Below are positions 59,680 through 64,000 of a stretch of 64,000 nucleotides of DNA, one piece after another. The stretch spans positions 73,853-137,852 of the forward strand of contig JAHEYD010000003.1 of the NCBI GenBank assembly GCA_023251795.1, read 5' to 3'. Positions within the stretch are counted from its first letter, which is position 1. Each line of letters opens with the position of its first letter. A program made the position numbers and the translations under genes. The notes under the pieces were generated by a model that was not told the DNA's origin, did not search any database, and was given only the letters and a program-made list of their open reading frames with translations. This DNA comes from Nitrosotalea sp. GTDB lineage: Archaea; Thermoproteota; Nitrososphaeria; Nitrososphaerales; Nitrosopumilaceae.

Positions 59680-60080
59680 TGGAAATAACGGACCAGAATG
59701 TAAGGGTTGATTTCTCAAAATGGGCGGAGAAGATAGCCCGTTCTAGAGGATATAACGGTATAGATGATACTAATTCAACGCTTAGTCGGGAATTTCGAGA
59801 AAAGATAAATTTAATAGAATCGTCGTGGGAAGCTTTCACTACCATAGTCGGAACGCTACCGGAAAACCCGTCTGCGGTTATTCATCCGCCGTTTGTTCTT
59901 TTCGGTATACCGTCTGGTTCTGATAGACATGTTTTTATTTTAACTGACCAAGAATTTGCTACTATTACGAACATGGCGCAAGGGAATGCTGAATTGATCA
60001 TGCAATTGGTCAGGAAAGTGGCTGGCAGTATGATCATAGTAAGTAGTGGGAAGGTATTGCCTTTTGGTGCCCCTAATTGA
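59679..60080 (+). CDS. hypothetical protein
   Basis: TAATG overlap. ORF track. Confidence 0.45.
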   Translation: MEITDQNVRVDFSKWAEKIARSRGYNGIDDTNSTLSREFREKINLIESSWEAFTTIVGTLPENPSAVIHPPFVLFGIPSGSDRHVFILTDQEFATITNMAQGNAELIMQLVRKVAGSMIIVSSGKVLPFGAPN

Positions 60081-60106
60081 CAGAATACCATATAGTATGA
60101 TATAAT
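60077..60106 (+). promoter_or_regulatory. phage promoter family copy
   Basis: TTGACA 60077-82, N18, TATAAT 60101-06. Confidence 0.7.
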
Positions 60107-60167
60107 TCTTTCATTGGCAGGAAACGGGGCGGAGTTAACCGCCACCGATACCGCGAGGAGAGGAAGA

Positions 60168-61238
60168 ATGAATCAAGTCAAGGACATTGCTGATATTAAG
60201 TATGTGAACACCAGCGTCAAGGATCTGGCCCCTGAGTGGGATCAGGTCAAGAAGTCGGACGGAAGTTTTTCCAACAAGATCAAGTCTCTCACCGTCAATG
60301 GTGAGCGATTCCGCCCGACGAATCGGTTCCTGAATTCGATGTGCTCCCGATTCGGTTTCGCCCCTTCGATCTACGGTCTTTTCGAGCCCGACGAGGTTTT
60401 TGGCCGGATCTCGGACCGTAAGCCGCTTCATAAGGTTCGCGTGGCTATCGACAATAAGGAACGGGAAGTTCTGGCTGTTTCTACGCCGGGCAAGCCGATT
60501 ATCACCGATCACATTGCTGACCGTGTTCTTGGTGGTCTGGACAGGACCCCGTATCGGGTTGACTACCGCGATGGAGTTGTTACTTCGTACCACACCATCG
60601 GTCGCGAGTGGAAGATCGGCCCGGATCGTGCCGTTTCTCAGATCAAGGTTTCGATCCCTGTGGACGGTTTCGGTCTTCCTGATATCGTTCTCGGTTGGAT
60701 TCGTCAGGTCTGCACCAACGGAGCCGTTGCGGTTTCCCCGGTGTTCCGTTCTCAGGTTTCTCTCGGTAAGGGTGCGGACGACGGTGAGCGGGTTCTCATG
60801 CGCGCCATCGATTCCTTCTCCAACGAGGAGGGTTTCGCTGCGATTTCTCAGCGAGTGGATGCAGCGTCCAAGACCCCCGCTTCGATTGCCGAAGTCGCCT
60901 CTTTCCGCCGCGCTCTTGTTTCCGGAATCAAGACCGGCATGAACATCACCGACATTATGAACCGTCTTGAGCGTGTTACCGGTTCGCTTTCCGACAAGTA
61001 CCACGTTCCTTCGGAGAACGCACTTTCTATCAAGAAGCAGCGACTTCTCAACATGAACTGCTCGGTCGCCCACCTGATCAACACCGGGTCGGAGCTAGTG
61101 ACCCATCGCCCCGAGATTTTCTCCAAGCCGGAGTCGGTTTACGCTTGGATCGGTGACCGAATCGCCAACGAGTTCGACCTTGAGGGTGAGGAGAAGCGTT
61201 TCGACAACCGGGACTTCATGATTGTCAACGCCGCCTAA
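60168..61238 (+). CDS. DUF932-family protein
   Basis: GAGGAGAGGAAGA RBS. IRQVCTNGAV resembles the DUF932 R.vC.NG core. About 356 aa. Confidence 0.5.
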   Translation: MNQVKDIADIKYVNTSVKDLAPEWDQVKKSDGSFSNKIKSLTVNGERFRPTNRFLNSMCSRFGFAPSIYGLFEPDEVFGRISDRKPLHKVRVAIDNKEREVLAVSTPGKPIITDHIADRVLGGLDRTPYRVDYRDGVVTSYHTIGREWKIGPDRAVSQIKVSIPVDGFGLPDIVLGWIRQVCTNGAVAVSPVFRSQVSLGKGADDGERVLMRAIDSFSNEEGFAAISQRVDAASKTPASIAEVASFRRALVSGIKTGMNITDIMNRLERVTGSLSDKYHVPSENALSIKKQRLLNMNCSVAHLINTGSELVTHRPEIFSKPESVYAWIGDRIANEFDLEGEEKRFDNRDFMIVNAA

Positions 61239-61253
61239 GTGAGGGAGTAGGAA

Positions 61254-61285
61254 AAGGGGAGGGGTAATACCCTCCCCTTCTTTAT
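61254..61285 (+). terminator. rho-independent terminator
   Basis: 10-bp stem AAGGGGAGGG/CCCTCCCCTT, 6-nt loop, followed by CTTTAT. Confidence 0.65.
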
Positions 61286-61294
61286 ACATACATC

Positions 61295-61324
61295 TTGACA
61301 GGATACCCCTCCGTATGATATACT
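61295..61324 (+). promoter_or_regulatory. phage promoter family copy
   Basis: TTGACA 61295-300, N18, TATACT 61319-24, leader TCTTTTATTGAGAGGGAGGAACGAAATG. Confidence 0.7.
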
Positions 61325-61349
61325 TCTTTTATTGAGAGGGAGGAACGAA

Positions 61350-61541
61350 ATGAGAATCAAGCCCTTCGCTACTGGATTCACCGCTTTTGGCAGTACCTTC
61401 GTTCTGGTGGTTGGTGGTGGTTTCGGAGTCAAGGTCGCCCGCCTTTCTGGCGCTGATTCCGTGGCTTTCATCGAGTCGGTTCAGCAGTGTCGCGACGAGG
61501 CTGATTATCTTGAAACCCTTCTTCACTTCGTAAAGGTGTAA
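61350..61541 (+). CDS. small protein with N-terminal hydrophobic segment
   Basis: The ATG follows the conserved leader. Confidence 0.5.
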   Translation: MRIKPFATGFTAFGSTFVLVVGGGFGVKVARLSGADSVAFIESVQQCRDEADYLETLLHFVKV

Positions 61542-62656
61542 TGATGATTTTCAAGACGCTCTACAAGAAGACTTCTGTTGGCGATATCCAAGTCTGGTGG
61601 ATGGAAGTCGAGGATGATAAGTACCGGACCTATTCCGGTAAGTACAATGGTCGTATCGTTGTTAGCGCGTGGACCGTCGCGACTCCTAAGAACGTTGGCC
61701 GTTCCAACGCTACGAGTGCTATGGGTCAGGCTGAGCAGGAAGTCGCTTCGGCTTACGAATTGAAGATCAAGGGTGGATACCGGGATACTATCGAAGGTGC
61801 TATGGATTCCGGTCGTTTCCAGTGCATGCTTGCCAAGAAGTTTGAGGATTACTCTGATAAAGTCCAAGCGGAGTTTGAGCGTGGGAATTCCGTTTTCGTT
61901 CAGCCGAAGCTTGATGGGATTCGTTGCATCGCCACTCGGAATGGTTTGTTTTCCCGTCAGGGTAACCCAATTGTCGCTGTCCCGCATATCGAGGAAGCGG
62001 TTAAGCGGTTCTTCCTTGAGAACCCTGAGATTCTGACACTCGACGGCGAGCTATACAACCACGAGTTCCACGAGGATTTCAATTCAATTATTTCGATGGT
62101 TAAGAAGACCAAGCCGACCGAGAATGATCTTCTTGAGTCTGAGAAGATGATCCAGTATTGGGTGTATGATTGCCTGCACAAGAATTCTGATGCAGTGTTC
62201 TCCGCCCGTCATAACTGGATTCTGTCGAATGGTCCGATCAGGAAGCTTGAGACTTACAAAGCTTCCAACATGGAGGAAGTTAATTCCTTCTACGATCAGT
62301 TCCTTTCCGAAGGTTTCGAGGGTATGATTATCAGGATCAACAAGCCCTACGAGACGAAGCGTACTCACAACCTTCTCAAGCGCAAGGAATTTCAGGATAG
62401 CGAGTTTACTATTCTCGACATTCAGGAAGGGTCAGGGAACGGCTCCGGGATGGCAAAGCGGGCCATTCTTGACCTTGGTAATGGTAAGACTTTCAAGGCC
62501 GATATCGTCGGTACTCAGCAGATTCTGCGAGAGTATCTCCGCCGTCGCTCGGAGTTCATTGGGAAGCAGGCTACGGTGGTCTTCCAGAACTTGACTCCGG
62601 ACGGCGTTCCCCGGTTCCCGAAGTTTAAGGTTGGTCACGACACGGAAAGATGGTAG
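61541..62656 (+). CDS. ATP-dependent DNA ligase (phage type, 371 aa)
   Basis: Motif I QPKLDGIR, III TLDGEL, IV EGMIIR, V LLKRKEF. N-terminal beta-rich domain WWMEVEDDKYRTYSG. Confidence 0.8.
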   Translation: MMIFKTLYKKTSVGDIQVWWMEVEDDKYRTYSGKYNGRIVVSAWTVATPKNVGRSNATSAMGQAEQEVASAYELKIKGGYRDTIEGAMDSGRFQCMLAKKFEDYSDKVQAEFERGNSVFVQPKLDGIRCIATRNGLFSRQGNPIVAVPHIEEAVKRFFLENPEILTLDGELYNHEFHEDFNSIISMVKKTKPTENDLLESEKMIQYWVYDCLHKNSDAVFSARHNWILSNGPIRKLETYKASNMEEVNSFYDQFLSEGFEGMIIRINKPYETKRTHNLLKRKEFQDSEFTILDIQEGSGNGSGMAKRAILDLGNGKTFKADIVGTQQILREYLRRRSEFIGKQATVVFQNLTPDGVPRFPKFKVGHDTERW

Positions 62657-63024
62657 GAATGATCTCCATTTCGACTTTCATACTGATAGTAATTTTTCTG
62701 GTTGTATTTTTTGCCGCTATCGTTGTGACTATTTATTATGAGACAGAAACTGAATTGGTCGCAATGAAATCGGAGCACTCGCGAAAGATCTATGAAGAGA
62801 TTCAGGCAAAGGTTGAGCTATTGGCTAAGGAAGGGGTTCTTCTGGATTCTTTGAGGGGTTACCACGATCTGATTAAGGATACTATGTTGGCATTTGACAA
62901 TATCGATAGTTTGGTCGAGAGTGGTGAACTGAGTCATGAGACTTACTTGAAGTTGAAATGTGAAGTTTACGAACATATACGCTTTACCTTAACTAACTAC
63001 AGCCTGAGTAGGATGAACAAGTGA
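62650..63024 (+). CDS. membrane-anchored protein
   Basis: N-terminal TM ISISTFILIVIFLVVFFAAIVVTIYY. Confidence 0.45.
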   Translation: MVGMISISTFILIVIFLVVFFAAIVVTIYYETETELVAMKSEHSRKIYEEIQAKVELLAKEGVLLDSLRGYHDLIKDTMLAFDNIDSLVESGELSHETYLKLKCEVYEHIRFTLTNYSLSRMNK

Positions 63025-63176
63025 AGAAACATTGGTACAAGATCTGTCGAGAGTATTGCCCCATATGTGGGTTGATCTACACCCATAGGGAGCGTATGTA
63101 CACAAGACGGCCAAAAAAGGATCAGGATAGGCATAGCTTTACGTATGTATACTGCGGGTGCTATTACGCATATTGA
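63021..63176 (+). CDS. small Zn-ribbon protein (51 aa)
   Basis: GTGA overlap. CREYCPICG...YCGC. Hand-translated. Confidence 0.3.
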   Translation: MKKHWYKICREYCPICGLIYTHRERMYTRRPKKDQDRHSFTYVYCGCYYAY

Positions 63177-63202
63177 CAAAATATACCACCTTATGATATA
63201 AT
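63173..63202 (+). promoter_or_regulatory. phage promoter family copy
   Basis: TTGACA 63173-78, N18, TATAAT 63197-202, then AGGAGA and ATG 63234. Confidence 0.7.
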
Positions 63203-63233
63203 TTCCCCTGTTGGTGACGACAGGAGATAAACG

Positions 63234-64000
63234 ATGGAAGTCGATCTCAGGGATTACCAGCAGCGGATCGTGGAGCAGGTCATTTCCGGTTTCACCGGAG
63301 AAGGTACGGACGAACTGAACTCCATGATGATCGAATCTCCGTGCGGGTCTGGTAAGTCAATCATGGGACTGGCAATCGCTCGATTCTTCGAGGAGGAGTT
63401 TGGGTGGCGCACCAATTGGGTTGCGAATCGTCGTAACCTTCTGTCGCAAATTCTCAGAATGAATTCGAAATTCTTTGGGCTCAAGAAACTCAGCGCGGTT
63501 TCGATGTTCGATTCGAACCCGCCTGCCGCTGACTTTTTGATTATTGACGAGGGACACCACAGCGCGACCGCTTCCGCTGCACACATCGATTCTGTAGTTC
63601 GACCGAAGAAATATCTGGCCCTGTCCGCTACCCCGTACCGTACTGACAAATTGAAGCTTCCATTTCAGAAAGTTGTAAAGGATGCTGGCATTCACCGCCT
63701 GATTCAGGGCGGCTGGTTGTCGAAGTTTCATCATTGGGTTATTGAGAAGTATACACCGGAGACAGTTGCACACACCTATTTGGAATCTCCTGATAAGTGG
63801 GGAAAGACTGTTGTTTTCTTCCACTCCCTAGATCAGTGCCGAAGGTTCCAAGCGATTGTCTCCGGTGTCGGTCCTTCTTGTGAAGTAGTTTCCTCACAAC
63901 AGCCGGTTTCGGATCGTGAGGATATTCTTTCTCGTTTCGAGAGTGGTGAGACTAAGGTTCTTGCTAACGTTGCAATCCTGACCGAGGGTTTCGACTGCGA
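63234..64000 (+). CDS. SF2 (DEAD/DEAH, ResIII-like) helicase, N-terminal part (runs off window)
   Basis: Absent from the ORF track because no stop is reached. Hand-translated with no stops: DYQQ, SPCGSGKS (Walker A), IIDEGHH, SATP, TEGFD. Confidence 0.75.
   Translation, partial: MEVDLRDYQQRIVEQVISGFTGEGTDELNSMMIESPCGSGKSIMGLAIARFFEEEFGWRTNWVANRRNLLSQILRMNSKFFGLKKLSAVSMFDSNPPAADFLIIDEGHHSATASAAHIDSVVRPKKYLALSATPYRTDKLKLPFQKVVKDAGIHRLIQGGWLSKFHHWVIEKYTPETVAHTYLESPDKWGKTVVFFHSLDQCRRFQAIVSGVGPSCEVVSSQQPVSDREDILSRFESGETKVLANVAILTEGFDC

Noticed and set aside
60135-61073. 312-aa minus-strand ORF
   Set aside because: It is antisense to the DUF932 gene, which has a promoter, RBS and terminator. Its product is Arg/Gly/Leu/Val-rich low complexity, as expected for an antisense frame of a GC-rich gene.
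1-64000. CRISPR array or other long tandem repeats
   Set aside because: No repeat-spacer periodicity was seen. The only recurring element is the promoter/leader family, which is dispersed.

Overview
This window is a segment of a large tailed dsDNA phage genome. All calls come from manual reading, translation and hand-folding, so tRNA coordinates and start codons are hand-derived and GC statements are by eye.

Layout, left to right:
- 1-1179: a short leftward operon of translationally coupled small genes, with back-to-back promoters at 1198-1269.
- 1.3-28.3 kb: a rightward replication and nucleotide-metabolism module. It contains NADAR, DUF488, an SF2 helicase, a HAD phosphatase, a DnaB-type helicase with an intein, a primase, a UDG-PolA fusion, a gp32-like SSB, a RecA-like protein, a MazG-like protein, FEN, a class II RNR with an intein, a PurA/PurZ-like adenylosuccinate-synthetase homologue, and a fused SbcD-SbcC.
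- 28.3-36.9 kb: the start of packaging and head genes. These are two sigma/HTH-like proteins, TerL, portal, an HU-like protein, and a MuF-like protein with an intein.
- 37.2-47.1 kb: an RNA island. It holds long ORF-free, helix-dense, GC-richer RNA loci, about 29 tRNA genes covering nearly all amino acids (several structurally aberrant), tRNA fragments and a split tRNA. It also holds five HNH and one PD-(D/E)XK free-standing endonuclease genes.
- 47.1-64 kb: a mosaic of small genes. Many sit in GC-richer cassettes, each preceded by a near-identical promoter/leader (at least 15 copies in the window). Contents include Ku plus a minimal ATP ligase, a second ATP ligase, two metallophosphoesterases, a receiver-like protein, a RuvC-like resolvase, lysis genes, DUF932, and a second SF2 helicase that runs off the end.
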